Positions 40,426-60,769 of a stretch of DNA of 64,000 bases are shown here, piece by piece. Origin of the DNA: Botryllus schlosseri (taxonomy: Eukaryota); the NCBI GenBank assembly GCA_051294905.1, contig CM119371.1, positions 36,148,001 to 36,212,000 of the forward strand, written 5' to 3'. Under the pieces are notes generated by a model. It saw nothing but the letters and a program-made list of their open reading frames with translations, was not told where the DNA came from and did no database searches. The first letter of the stretch is position 1, and each line of letters opens with the position of its first letter. A program made the translations under genes and the position numbers.

Positions 40426-41031
40426 TGTCTTCCTGATGAGACGCTCTGCGGGGAGTCGTGTAAAAATACGTCGTACCTAGCTGGTCTGAAATTTCCATAA
40501 ATATTCAGAAGCAACCGATAACAAGTGTTAAAATTTTATTTCTGTAAAAAAATTTCGGTTGGTCTGTGAGGGTGAGGATTACATTTTTGTAAATAAATGG
40601 TTCTCAAAAAGGTTGAAAAGCACTGGCGTATAAGATCGGAATTAATTAGAAGTGATAGCACAACAACCGAACTATTTATACATATATTGAATATACCATG
40701 CAGCAATTTTAATAAAATATCCCATGTGATCAACTTCTATCCATATTGAAGAAGCAATAGAATAAGTACCATGCTGTTTCAATACACAACATACATATAC
40801 AGATACACCGGCCATGATATGCATGATATGAGATTCAGTAGTGAAAACAAAACAACAGTAACATTTTGATAAAAGTATTGTGTACCGGGAGCGTTCAGGC
40901 CATTCAATCCATGGAAATCTAACCCAAAACAGTCTTTTGCTGGGGAAATATAAAGAGCAAAGCGTTTTCCTGACAAGTCATGAAGTAAAATCGGAAATGG
41001 TCAAAACACGTATCCACTTGACCAATTAGAA

Positions 41032-41435
41032 CAGTGGTTTCCAGCATGGGCGATATCGCCCCCAGTGGGGGAGTTTGAGAAACAAAGGATCGAAAATAAG
41101 AAAGGAGGCGATAGGGAGGCGAAAATGCTAGAACTTCAAGCGAGATATATTTAATGAACACGGCCAAAAATGGACGCGAAGACGGTTTATTCTGCCTATG
41201 AATCGGAAGTTGACTAAAAAAGGTCAACTCCACGGAATGTAGACGCGGTAACCGGTTTTTCGAGCACCTATTCGGAAAAAGTGACCTTTTTTTACTCAAT
41301 TCACCAGCGACCAGACTTAGGTGAACAAATTCACCGTTTATATGTACTCTTCTGCGGATCCGTAAATATGGGGACGAAAGATTTGTGTCGAGCTTGATAA
41401 GGGGGCGATGAGTCGAAAAGGGTTGGGAACCACTG
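41032..41435. mobile_element. hAT (Charlie-like) MITE
   Basis: Ends CAGTGGTTTCCA / TGGGAACCACTG; perfect TSD AATTAGAA. Confidence 0.85.
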
Positions 41436-41626
41436 AATTAGAACAAGCATAAACACGGTACTTGTTAGAATTAGTTTCAAGGCTGGCTCCAGTAAAATAC
41501 CAAAAGAAAAATTGAATATCACAACAGTGAACGACATTATCCCTATTTTAACTATACATGTGAATTGTGCATGTGCAATTTCGTGCATTCATATTATTTT
41601 ACCGTCTATGCACCGGTATGCGAAAT

Positions 41627-43264
41627 CTACAACTTGACAAATGTGGACGCGTCGACCTTGAAGCTTCGATCGACTTTTGGTTCCACTTTATACCATTTGT
41701 CGTGCAGTATATCATACTTTTCCATACATTCAAATTTCTCATAACTACATGCTACATAAATCAAGTTTCCCACGTGATAGGCAAAAGTAAATGCATGGGT
41801 AGCATTTGTACTCGACAATGAAGTCCACTGAGCTGACGTGACATCGTAACATTCCACGTTGTTGAGTTTCCTTCCTTCCCTCAACCCACCGATCACATAT
41901 ATCCTTTGATCGACTGCAACACCGCCGGTGTAGCACACAGGATATCTCAATGGTTGGAGGTCAACCCACTCTGACGAAGATGGAGTGAATCTGCAGAATG
42001 AAGAAACTTCTTTTAAGCCAATATAGTCTGGGTCTGGTACAGAACCTCCGATACAATAGATGGAGTCATTCAATGATACAAGACCTGCATCAGAAATTGA
42101 TTCGGGTTTGTTTTCCAGTAGGCACCATTGATTTTCAGATGGGTCAAATCTTTCCACAATATCTGTTACCACACTACAGCTTCCTCCAATAACGAAAAGC
42201 GATCCCGACAACGAAATTGAGTGACTCCAGGGTCCATGGTCACCAATCATATCGTTCATCTGCTCCCATTCTGAACTTTTGTTTCGAAAATTGAGTCGAT
42301 GAACAGATTTATCTTGGCACAAAACATAAAGATAGGAGTCGAGAGAAGTCAACTCAAAACGCTCCGTACTCATAAACTTCTGATCATGAAACTTCTCCAG
42401 CTTTTCGTTCATGGGATTGAAGGATCGGAGACAATCTTCGTCACGAAAGTCGAAAAGAATTAATAATTCCCTGCCATTTTCTGCCTCGATCGGCTTTATT
42501 GTGGCTTTCATAAGATGGTCATTGATCAACTTGTACAACAAAAAGTCATTGCTGATAATGGGATGAGTCTTTAACAGATTTTTTAAAAATGCTGGGGACA
42601 TTAAATCAAACCTGAGTAGATCCAAACAATCAAGTAAATTATCATTATTATTTAAATTATTTTCAACCCACTTCAGTGATAGCATAAGCTTTTCTTGCTC
42701 ACAAAGTTTTGTAATTTTTGAAGTCACGACACTGATGATGTCTTTTTTTTCTGTATCTCCGAACTCGCAGTGGTTTGAAATTTCCATGATATTGTTTTGA
42801 AAAAACATTCTGCATTTCGAGTTAACATCGTCCAGTTCGTACCTATCCGCAATGTTTTTTGTGGAGAAGTAATTCTGAACGGAAATTGTTTCGGCCAAAA
42901 TATCAGATACGGCAAGCTTTACATCTTCCAACTGCATCATGATTGCGACATGAAGAAGATCATACCTCTTTACGTCAGGAATCTCAAATATTCCCGAATA
43001 TATGAAATCAATGCAATTTTTCACACACTCGGAATCCACATCGGTGAACACGACTTTTCCTTCGCGTCTTTCTTTCGTGTCGTGCTTCAACATAGCTTTG
43101 AAATAATCAGAACCAGCCGACAATATGTTTTTGTGGGTGTAATAGACATCATCTCCGACTTGAACTATGAAATCACAATGATCATTTTCCAGTTTCATTT
43201 GATGTAACTCTTCCATCATCTTCACAGCGTGTTTCTCCGCATCAGAACATATGACTTGCACCAT
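41627..43264 (-). CDS. Intronless Kelch-like protein (BTB-BACK-Kelch), 545 aa
   Basis: Single ORF. BTB: CDFIVQVG..YTHKNILSAGSDYFKAML..CIDFIYSG. BACK: L..WV....LRFDLMSP..L. Kelch repeats: LFVIGG..VERFDP..W, IYCIGG, IYVIGG..VECYD..W, EKYD..W. Confidence 0.95.
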   Translation of the reverse strand: MVQVICSDAEKHAVKMMEELHQMKLENDHCDFIVQVGDDVYYTHKNILSAGSDYFKAMLKHDTKERREGKVVFTDVDSECVKNCIDFIYSGIFEIPDVKRYDLLHVAIMMQLEDVKLAVSDILAETISVQNYFSTKNIADRYELDDVNSKCRMFFQNNIMEISNHCEFGDTEKKDIISVVTSKITKLCEQEKLMLSLKWVENNLNNNDNLLDCLDLLRFDLMSPAFLKNLLKTHPIISNDFLLYKLINDHLMKATIKPIEAENGRELLILFDFRDEDCLRSFNPMNEKLEKFHDQKFMSTERFELTSLDSYLYVLCQDKSVHRLNFRNKSSEWEQMNDMIGDHGPWSHSISLSGSLFVIGGSCSVVTDIVERFDPSENQWCLLENKPESISDAGLVSLNDSIYCIGGSVPDPDYIGLKEVSSFCRFTPSSSEWVDLQPLRYPVCYTGGVAVDQRIYVIGGLREGRKLNNVECYDVTSAQWTSLSSTNATHAFTFAYHVGNLIYVACSYEKFECMEKYDILHDKWYKVEPKVDRSFKVDASTFVKL

Positions 43265-43532
43265 GATAAATGATTATTATAAAATATTTAGCGTACTTGA
43301 AATAGTGCTGAAATAACAAATCATCACAGGTATCGAAAATATAATCCAAACATACAAGTTAAATTTTATGAATCACAAGAATGGTGACGACGCATTGACT
43401 TCTTACAACATGAGCTCCTAGACATTTTCCACTGCGTACCCCACACGAAATTTCTGCAGGTATGGCATATCCCTTAAAAATGTTGTATCAAGTGTGCATA
43501 TCGAGTGAAAGACTTTCACACATCACTACACT

Positions 43533-45427
43533 CAGTGGCGGCTCGTGACAATATCGGGTGGTGGGGCAAGGGCTGCAAGCGACTTTTTATCAAGATGACG
43601 TCACAATGGCGTTTTCCAACGTAAACAAGTAACTTAATGATGGTACGGTAAAATGAATTTCCAGGCAACAGTGATTTTAACGTATGTGCCACGAGAGGTC
43701 CGCTGGTGAGCTGTGACTTGAAGTGTGGTAACTGCGTAAACGGCGTACGGAACAAAGATTCAACACGGTTCATGTTCGCATTAGACCTGAATAATTATCT
43801 GCAGAAATGGAAATGACTATAACTCGAGAGATAGCGTAAGCCTAATTGGAAAGGTCAACGAATTCGGACAGATACGCAATTGTTATCTCATAGATTGGGC
43901 CTGTCCTATTGAATCCAAAACATCATTGTAAAGGACTAAGAATAGCAGCCTCGGAAATTTGGTCTCGGTACAGCATAAGAGATTTTGGCCTTGAAACTGG
44001 AGACTGTAACACGACACATACGTTTTTATTACTGTCTTATAGGTCTGCTGCGAAATCGCCTTTGAAAAATATATTACCGAATAAATACGTGGATGAAAGC
44101 CCTAAACTTGGTACACTGTTACATGACATTATCGAGAAGTGGCCTCATGGCCCTTTTCGGTATGGTACACTGTCAAAATTAATGCGAACAGACCAACACC
44201 GAATTTTGCGTAAAATTTACTGAGGAATAGGCTGTTCAAGTGACGGGGGGGGGGTTGTACGCAAATGGCTTGAAGGCCACAATTTCACGGTGAAATTGAC
44301 ATTGGAGAATATACGATCAAAGTAAATATTTGACTGCAAACTGAGAATGATATCATCATCTCACTTAACGTTACCGCAGATACACCGGCTTTTGCGTGAA
44401 ATCCGCAATGTGTTGTAGGCTAAAGTGTCAGATCGGAGCACATCTTTACCATACTCGACCTTGATAACGAAATTACTGCCCTAATCATTGAGTGTCAACC
44501 TTGAGACTTGGCACAGCGTTCGATACTAAAATCAAGACATACCGTGCAAAAGCTTATGACGGATCTAGGTAAGGAGCATCGTTAAAATCAATAGAGACCA
44601 ATACCGGCTTTGCGTATAATCTGTTAGCGATAAATGACGAGTCAGCTCTCACTCGAATTAGGAAACGAAATTACCACTAACACAGTTCAGTGACAAACTT
44701 AAAACTTGGTACAGCGTTCGATACTAACATTAAGACTTACCGTACCAAATGTCATAACCGATCTCAGTATTGAACACCGTCAAAACCAATGGATACCAAT
44801 ACCGGCTTTTGAGTAAAATCTGTTTGCGATACATGACGGATCAGCACACACTCAACTTCGGAAACGGAATTACTACCCTAAACTTTAAGTAGAAACCCTG
44901 AAACTTGGGGTAGTGTTAAATACCACCATCACGACATGACATAACAAGTTTCAAGAGTTTTCATGGTGTGAAACCCCATTAAAATCGACCTATACCAGCA
45001 AAGGTCGACTAAACGCATATGACGGTAACAGAGTTCAGCTATAGATACGATTGTTATATCACACCTTAAGGGCACAGAGCTATCGTGCCCCGGTTGCTCG
45101 GTAATTTTATGAATAGGAGAGAGTAAATCACCGTTTCTTTATTGTGCGCGGTTTTGAGAGAATAGACAGTGAAAGCTTGTTATGAGCGCTACCGGGGCAA
45201 GCCCCGGCTAGGCATTCGCAAAGCGAAAACACAGAAGAGAATTCGATTTTCGCATAGACTTCGCTATATATGGGCATTTACAAGCGAAAGGACAAGAAGT
45301 ATACGATTTTCGCTGTGATTTCGGTTTATATAGACAGGTGTGCGTCTATAAATGGTAAAGAATTGTTATTGAACAGAATTTTAGGTGGGGCAATGCCCCA
45401 GTTGCCCTATAGGACGAGCCGCCACTG
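43533..45427. mobile_element. hAT-type non-autonomous element with internal ~200-bp tandem units
   Basis: TIR CAGTGGCGGCTCGT / ACGAGCCGCCACTG; perfect TSD ACTACACT. Three degenerate units beginning accggcttt at about 44385, 44603 and 44801. Confidence 0.9.
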
Positions 45428-45662
45428 ACTACACTACATGATCTTGACACTTCGCGAGAAATTCTGTTTTTGACGTGGAAGCGAAGAGCAAGAGACTCTC
45501 TCTGCCGACACAGCGACTTTTCCAAAGACCATTTCTATAAATTATAGCCTTCTCATCATTGTTAATGAGCAACACGCCGAAGATTGCAATAGCGCTAATC
45601 AAGAACCCTTTATACTGGTCCTGAAAATGAAACTAATGCGAGACCGACAATTAGCTACGAAG

Positions 45663-46099
45663 CAGGGCTGTGGAGTCGGAGTCAGAGTTTCGTTAAACTT
45701 TCTCTTTTTGGATTAAGGGTCTCAGAATATTTGTGTAGGACTCCCTGGAGTCGGAGTTTGATAAAATGATCTGACTCCCACCCCATGTACTTTAAAATCC
45801 AACGAAATGTTACCAAAAACACCGCTGCAGTTACAGAAGTCATCAAGATTGTAGGTTTTCTAACCATCACAAACACTCAGTTTCTTTCTGTGGACTATAC
45901 ATGTATAAAAAACGGTAGCAGAGTTATAATTTTCTGAGTGGATTTACAGGAATGTCAGAGTCGGAGTTCCGTGAAGAAAATATTAGGAATCGGAGCTGGA
46001 GTCGGTAAATTTGAAATTCCTGTAGTCGGAGTCAGAGTCGGTATATAGAAAACCTCTGGAGTCGGTGGTAAAATGAACCAACCCCACTCCACAGCCGTG
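45663..46099. mobile_element. hAT-type MITE with GGAGTC repeats
   Basis: Ends CAGGGCTGTGGAGT / ACTCCACAGCCGTG; perfect TSD CTACGAAG. Confidence 0.9.
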
Positions 46100-46261
46100 C
46101 TACGAAGTAATCCTCATCACCACGACAATTCACTACAGAGATAATGTATCGTAGCAGACCGCGGGTCCTTAACGTAATGTCCCTAGGTAACGCCAGGTAT
46201 CTGTTACGAGGGAACTGTAGGCTACTGTGCTCGTAGTACTGGAATTGCCACGTAACCCACA

Positions 46262-46460
46262 TACAATTGCACAATATAATGGCTTCGTAATCTTTTGTCG
46301 CGTATTGCTCAATTACCATCATAATCCTTTGGCGTATTGCGCAATATTAATTACCCCTTGCGCATTGCGTAAGCTTCGCTATCCTGCCGCGCATTGCGCA
46401 TGTCTACCCTTTTCACGCAAACCACAACGCCCTTTTTCCGTATCGATCGGGTATAAACAC
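46262..46460 (+). promoter_or_regulatory. Cluster of C/EBP-type bZIP palindromes followed by a TATA-like box
   Basis: ATTGCACAAT 46266, ATTGCTCAAT 46304, ATTGCGCAAT 46336, ATTGCGTAAG 46364, ATTGCGCATG 46393; TATAAA 46452. Confidence 0.4.
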
Positions 46461-47778
46461 CCGATCTCTTTCGAATATCATCAGACTCATTTTATTACGC
46501 TACCTGACGTATCTCTCTCGCAATTTTTATAGTAAAGCCTTCAAGACGAGGAAGTGGAAACTGGACCCTAAAACGCGGAAAGGGCGAAAAATGCCAAAAG
46601 CAACAACACGGATAGGGTGTGTCTAATTCGCGGAAACAGCGACAAGGCAACCGAACGAACTCTAAGTGAATTGGGCAGTAGATAACCGATCGGTATCATG
46701 GCGGAGGCGATCGGTATGGACCCTCATGGGAGGGAATGGAGAGGAGGGGCAAGACTAAAAAAGTCTTACAAGGATATTTCTGCACCTTCCCCGTCCAGCG
46801 GCGTATGCACACCATATGGTATACATATGCAGCTATGCACAGATCGCGTATATGTCTATCATGAGTCGGCGTATATGCCGCATAAACATCAAGGACAAAA
46901 ATATAAAAGATCATATTCTTCATTAAGATTACGTGAAAAAAAACCTCTTTATGTAGCTGATGATCCACGATGCCTTGGTTGCTAACTGTTAGAAAGCTCC
47001 GATCGGGTGTTAACTGACCGGAATAGTGCTAAATCTTCTTTCATATTCGAAAAAGCCCTACATTTTTGGAGTAATGAGTTTAAACAGTCCAATTAAGCTT
47101 CTCGGACGAATTCATTTTTACCTGCATAGGGTTGTCAAGTTAAATCTGTGAAAGTCCACAATTCTACAACAAAAGTGGTACGAATACTAACTAGGCAAAC
47201 TTTTCCCACGGATCAGCAATTAGCTTAGTGACATCACGAATTACATATATGATTCGACGATATAGAATCGGCCGAGTTCATAAATGATGCCCAAGAAAGA
47301 GAAAGCATGTCTATAACATATCGTTCAAATAAGCTGGCAACACTCTAAATGAGAAATCACATTATTGCCTGTTAAAACCAAGAGCTGCGATGCGGCCTGT
47401 CTACTATACGGCTGCTTTCGAAAGACTAAACATTGTGCCAATACACTTCAACTCATGCTGTGAGGTAGTCAAGTATGACGGTATCGATGATCAATAACTC
47501 TGGTCGACAAAATGTGCTTATGCTAACTAATCTACGGATAGATGCATTGCACAACACGTGATTTTCACAGTTGAAGGCGCGGAGTTACGTACTGCTGAGC
47601 CGCTTGAAAGCAGCATAATTTGTAGTACTATAGCTGACGATCCAAGCGTCCAAATTCGATATGTCTGGTATTAATCGAAATCTAGTGTCGCACTGATTCC
47701 GAAAGTACAAATTTAATGCTCATCAGGGCAATGTTACCACTCCAAAACAGCCGCCGAAAGCCGAAATACTAGTACATC

Positions 47779-48778
47779 CTCAAGATTACCGGACTACGAC
47801 TGACCTATCGATCTCGCGTTCCATGACATGACATGTCACCCCATTTTTGTCGCATTGCTTTTTTCTATACTATCTTCTTTACTTTTCATTCAGTGGGCAA
47901 TGTGCAATGCATGCCTCCTCTTCACATCGCCTACACTGTAAATTTGAGAGCGCACATTCGCGAAATTAACCGCTTGCGGCATCACCATTGAGAGCTTTCA
48001 GCGCATGACCGAGAAGAAAGCTAGGCGCTGGATCGAGGATTTCTCTCTTTTTGCGCTATTGCGTAAGCGCCGCTTTCGCCTGTCTCGGTCTTTTGCGATG
48101 CAGCGTGCGAGGGTTAAGGATGGAAGACCGATTTGAAAACTTTTTTGGCGAGTAGCGGTTTTGTATCGCACAATATGGTCAATTCAAACGACTCATAAAC
48201 TAAAATCTAGTGGCAGTACACAAAATTAGAGTATCTAGCGTCCAACCCAAGTTGAGTTGCTGTGCTCTGAGGGCTGCGCCTTACCTGACGATGAGCCAGT
48301 CCCTTCGGTTCTCCTTTGTCCATTGGTACACATATATTATATTATTCACTGTTTCATGATTCGTTCTGTTATTCAATGCCATGGCATTATGGAGAATATA
48401 CATCTTGCTGGCCGTCAGAGGTAGTCAGTAACGAAGTAGCCTACATGAAGGCCTACTTATATTTTCCGAAGTAATTGGTTAGGTTTTAGTCTACTAGTTC
48501 GAGTGGTTATGTTCAATTACTCATAGAGTACTTCTATAGCAGCCGTGCACTATACTGCCCCTTACGTCGGTTGTAGTATCATCGCATCGTTCTTTCACTA
48601 TAGATAACTCACCTCCGTCGTGCATGCCTCCTCTTCACATCGCCTAAGCCAAGGTGGGTGTCTGATTCCATAGACTACGCCAAGTCGCTTCGACACCTTC
48701 CTATCTTTTCATTGTATCGCATTTTGTGGTGTATATTGAACTGATAAAATTGCTAATAAACCAATGATTATGATGATT
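47779..48778 (+). mobile_element. LINE 3' UTR copy split by a ~690-bp insert
   Basis: 47779-47933 and 48621-48778 match the LINE 3' UTR at 24720-24990 and share a 26-bp overlap. Confidence 0.7.
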
Positions 48779-50584
48779 GCTCTCAACAATGAGAGCGCCG
48801 CAGCACAATGACCATAACAATGGCCAATCGCGTTGAGTGATTGTTCAGAACTGTGCGAATTTTCAGACTTTGACGACTATTTTGGGGGTGGTTCCATTGC
48901 CCTGGCAATATATAATTTTTATTGACGGAATCAGTGCGATACTAGCTTTCGATTAAGATCGGCCATATTAAATTTGAAAGCTCGGATCGCCAGCTATAGG
49001 ATTACCAATTATTCTGCTTTTAGCCGGCTCAGCAGTACACGCCACTCGCGCATTCAAACGTGAGTCACGTGTTGCACATCTATCCGTAGGTTGGTAATCT
49101 AAATTGAGACTAAATTTTTTAAACGAGATCGTGAGTATGTGGTTTGGATTAGCCACACTGATTTCGAATCTGCTTTCAGTTTTATTCTGGCATATTAAAT
49201 TGTCAAGATATCGCCAAATTTGCATTTTCCGAAGAAAAAAATGAAAAAAAAACTGAAATATTTCATGACACTTGAAAATGTTTTATTTCGTGAATTGACA
49301 TACATTTTAGAGTATTTTTTGAAAATTAATGCAACTTTATGCGCGAATTAATGTTAAGTCCTGGCAATCTGAACCCCACAATAGCCTACAAATGCTATCA
49401 CGCAGTGAAAAATCATTTGCCAGTGAAGAAATAGCAATAAGAAATCGAATGCGTTTCCTAGTTTCGTAGGTTTGGACGACTCCAATATCTTTTGACATAT
49501 CAGACAGGAGGTCACGAAATAACATCATGCAACGAAGTCATTATAGGCCTACCATCCTGTCCGCCCGAATATATGTTTAATTATTATTTACGGGACCTAC
49601 GCATTTTCTAAGACACCTCACTCAGCTCAACCGGTTAACCTGATTACGCGAGCAGAGAGACAACAAAAAATTGATAGCAATATATATATGCAATCTAAAG
49701 TTTTCGCGCGTTGAGGCGATACAAGCTGACTCTTTAAACAGTAGGCCCTACGACAAATCTCGCTGATAAGTATATAGTGGCAAAAACGTATAGTGCCAGG
49801 CGGGTAAAATCCCCCTAGAAGTCTGGATTATCACTTTACGTGGTCGAAGACCAATCTCTTTTCAGGGTACAAAGTGTTGTTTCGGTCCTGGTCAACACCA
49901 CAGCAGTATTGTTAAAAAGTGAGCAATTCAGTAGTAGAGTCGGAAAGATGACCTTCTTTTCAGTCAGCTCAACTTTTCTACTACAAATTTTGGAATCACC
50001 CGCGTTCTAGTCCGGTAATCTAACTTTTATGGGTTGTAAAGTGTTGTATTTCCCTGATTCTAAAATATGGTAAACCTATTTAACGGAGCCGTAGCAGCGG
50101 TATGAATGAGGTACGGAGTTGGAGCAGGTAAACACTTGGGACTACACCCTCACTTAGACCAACTCAACGACACAAAATGAACATGACAGATGAGCTAGCT
50201 ATCTGTCTTGAATCTGAACAGTCGCAGAACATGCGCGGATTTTTTCGACAACCAAACGGCGAGTGCAAAAAACAGACATGCATAGCTAACGATTATATTT
50301 CAATCTACATAATAATCAGTACATCAAACCAAATACGACGCCCGCTACAAAGTCACGACGCTTCTCTACATCATCTCACCAGAGCATAGGTGCCAAGCAG
50401 TGGGATTTAGTGAACAGAAGTCTCCCAGTAGGGAGAACACCCGCGACGGCATTTTATTCTCCAACCCTGCTCTGGAGAACCATAAAAACCGGTGGCGCTA
50501 GATATCAATTTTGCTACAATTGTGTAAGAGCATCATTAGCTTCAGGCACACTATAGGATGGAACATATTCTCTAGCCTGTATAC

Positions 50585-50729
50585 CAGTGGTTCTCAAACA
50601 GTGGTACACACAATCGATTTATGCGGTATGCAGTAAATTTCAAGTAAAATTACTGTGTTCACAAATCGTTAGCGATAAATCATAGAACCTCGAGGCAGTA
50701 TGCCGATAGAAAAAATTTGAGAACCACCG
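50585..50729. mobile_element. Short hAT (Charlie-like) MITE
   Basis: Ends CAGTGGTTCTCAAA / TTTGAGAACCACCG. Confidence 0.7.
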
Positions 50730-51793
50730 CTATATAGGAATACATAAATGGACGACATGGCGCAAGAATTAACAACTTACACGAAAGCTAATTCATTGTC
50801 ACAATGAGTATTTCAAACATTTACAATCCGATCACGCATAGATTACGAAAAATGGAACAGAATCTTTTTTGAGCGAACTACACACTCTGTAAATAAAAAT
50901 TGAAGATATCGTCAGCACCATTGGCGAAAGAGATTACATTTCACCACATCTAGAATTTCGTACAGGCCACACTGCGACGGTAATTCCGAGTTTAACGCGA
51001 GAGAACGTATCGCGGGCATGGCTTACTGCGGAAAAATATACATTTCGTCTATGAGATTAGTGCGATATGCTTGCATATTACATTGCTATTAGACTGTGTT
51101 CTATTAGTTGCTCGGTGCAAACCGTTTTTTAGATACAAAATAGGTTGTTCTTAGCAGCAACGTAAGAAGTTGGCTTGCCATTCGAAAAATGATTGTTTGG
51201 GTGTGGGACTACCGGGGTTTCAATAGTGAATGTGTTCACCTTTTAACGATAAGTAAATGACACAACACCCACCAACGATTATTTTCAAATTCAAATTTTA
51301 AAGTTGTGTAGCTTTGTCCGCTACTGTATGTTTCGTACGCTGTGTTGCGACCAATCGATGTTCTAACACTGCCACATCGGGAATAAAGTATCAAAACTAC
51401 AATCGTCGTTGACAAAACAGCTCTCAGTGTCGCATAATTTCAGAACTACTCAATTCGACTCATTACAATTACCACTAGATTGGGATTTGAGTATTCAAAT
51501 CAACGATTCCAGCCATACTAGTCGTAACTACTGCATTTCGATGATTGTGAATTTCGAAAGGAACCTAAACAGGGGATGCATTAGCAAATGATCAGTGGAA
51601 AATAAACTTACAAAAGTACAAACTATGAAGACATGTCGGGACGGATCTGAAGAAATCTGTGTTGAAGAAATGTGCTTTTTGAGGGTAGCCCAAACCGTTA
51701 AGGTAAATCAAGATTTTGTCAGACATAAAACAAAAAAAGTAGACCGTAACCGTTATCGCAATAGGGTTGGCGGGAATTGAAGAAACAAACAAG

Positions 51794-59287
<7,494 letters not shown>

Positions 59288-59311
59288 CTTCAAAAAAGGC
59301 ATGGGTATAAG

Positions 59312-60655
59312 CAGGGTTGTGTATGACTCGAGTCGAGATTCTTTGGTGACTCGACGTGACTCGAGTCAATTTTTGTTCAGACTCGACTCGTAGGCCACTC
59401 AAGTCATTGTGCACGATTCGAACCGAGTCATATGACTCGAGAGTAGGACGACGAAAAGACAGACTTTGAAGAATAATAAATGTTACCACATTATTAGTAC
59501 GGTATTTCGTCTAACAGTCCTGGTACTTGGGAAATCGGGCAATAAACTGTAAGACTGAGTAAAATTACGATATTTTGAATGCGAGACATTCGACAGCAGA
59601 GGTTCCCAAACGGTGGGGAATTCCCCACTGATGGGGAATTTCGGGATTTTTCGTGGGGAATAGACTGACTTTTAAAAAAACATTACAGTAATGTTCTTCT
59701 TTATTAAATGTCGTTTTGAAATGCCGACCGAATATTTAATAGCTCATTTGCAATTCAGCGATTGATATTATCAGTGCCTCCTATAGCGAGAATTGCCTGG
59801 ATAGCGACACGCGATCTCCAGACATGTTTTTATTCATTTGTACACCATCATCGGTCACGAAACGTAGTGATAGAAAAATTCTGATTCGTTGTAATACGAG
59901 CTCATATTGCTGAACTGAACATGTATTCAAGGGAGATCGTCGACTCGCTAATTGATAGCACATCCGGACTCGTTACAAAGGAAATTACATATTTATGTTA
60001 TATTTAAAGTTCTTTCAGTATTGTGCGAAAGTGTAGTTTACGGCGGCTTATATATATATGTATCGCACGCATGAGTTCGTCAACGTCAGGAAGTTTATCT
60101 GACCCATATACTATTCGGTATTTACGTATGTAAATTGATGCTACCCCGAAACATTTGGAAAATTTTCAAACCCCTCCTATTTTTCCGCTGGCTGCGCGCC
60201 GGGGTGGATACATATATTTACGGAGGTGCGTTTACGGTGACGAGTTCACCGCTGCGTTAATTTTATTGTGTGCTGATCAATTCCGGGGATCTTAACAATC
60301 ACCAATAGCACGTACTATATACTAAGCAAAGTCTTGCAAAATTTTATTGGAGGTAGCACTTTTCTGGTAGATATGAATATAGAGTTTTTAGGTGGGGAAT
60401 GAAGGCTCGTAATAAATCGGAAGTGGGGAATTAGGATGAAAAGGTTGGGAACCACTGTTCTATAGGCTATCACTCGAGCAAAGTTGAAAAAACTGAACGG
60501 TGAACACAAAGGCTTGGACTCGAGTCAAAACACTATGACTCGAACTCGACTCTCTACTCACTGAATTGACTCGGTGGTGAATTGAAAATGACTCGAGTCA
60601 AAGAAAAGCGTGAATGACTTGTGACTCGGAATTTTGCGACTTGGTTACAACCCTG
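59312..60655 (+). mobile_element. GACTCGAGTC-rich hAT MITE with a nested Charlie-like element (59597-60457)
   Basis: TIR CAGGGTTGT / ACAACCCTG; TSD GGTATAAG / GGTGTAAG. Nested element ends CAGAGGTTCCCAA / TTGGGAACCACTG. Confidence 0.85.
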
Positions 60656-60769
60656 GGTGTAAGGTTAGTGTCAAGTCCACAGATGGTTGTATAGTTCTCA
60701 ACTTTACTGTGTCAGAGAGAGAGAGAGAGAATCTTTATCCGTCAACCGTACAAATCAATAATTAAATAA

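Noticed and set aside
40430..40470. CTGATGA followed by a hairpin, a possible hammerhead
   Set aside because: No GAAA box or stem I; lies at the end of a degenerate hAT transposase remnant.
44380..44950. CRISPR-like repeat array
   Set aside because: Eukaryotic context; long degenerate tandem units without unique spacers, inside a transposon.
51592..51792. Possible C-terminal extension or read-through of GMDS
   Set aside because: GMDS ends normally at MMRKSPNA*; the downstream ORF is in another frame and looks like 3' UTR.
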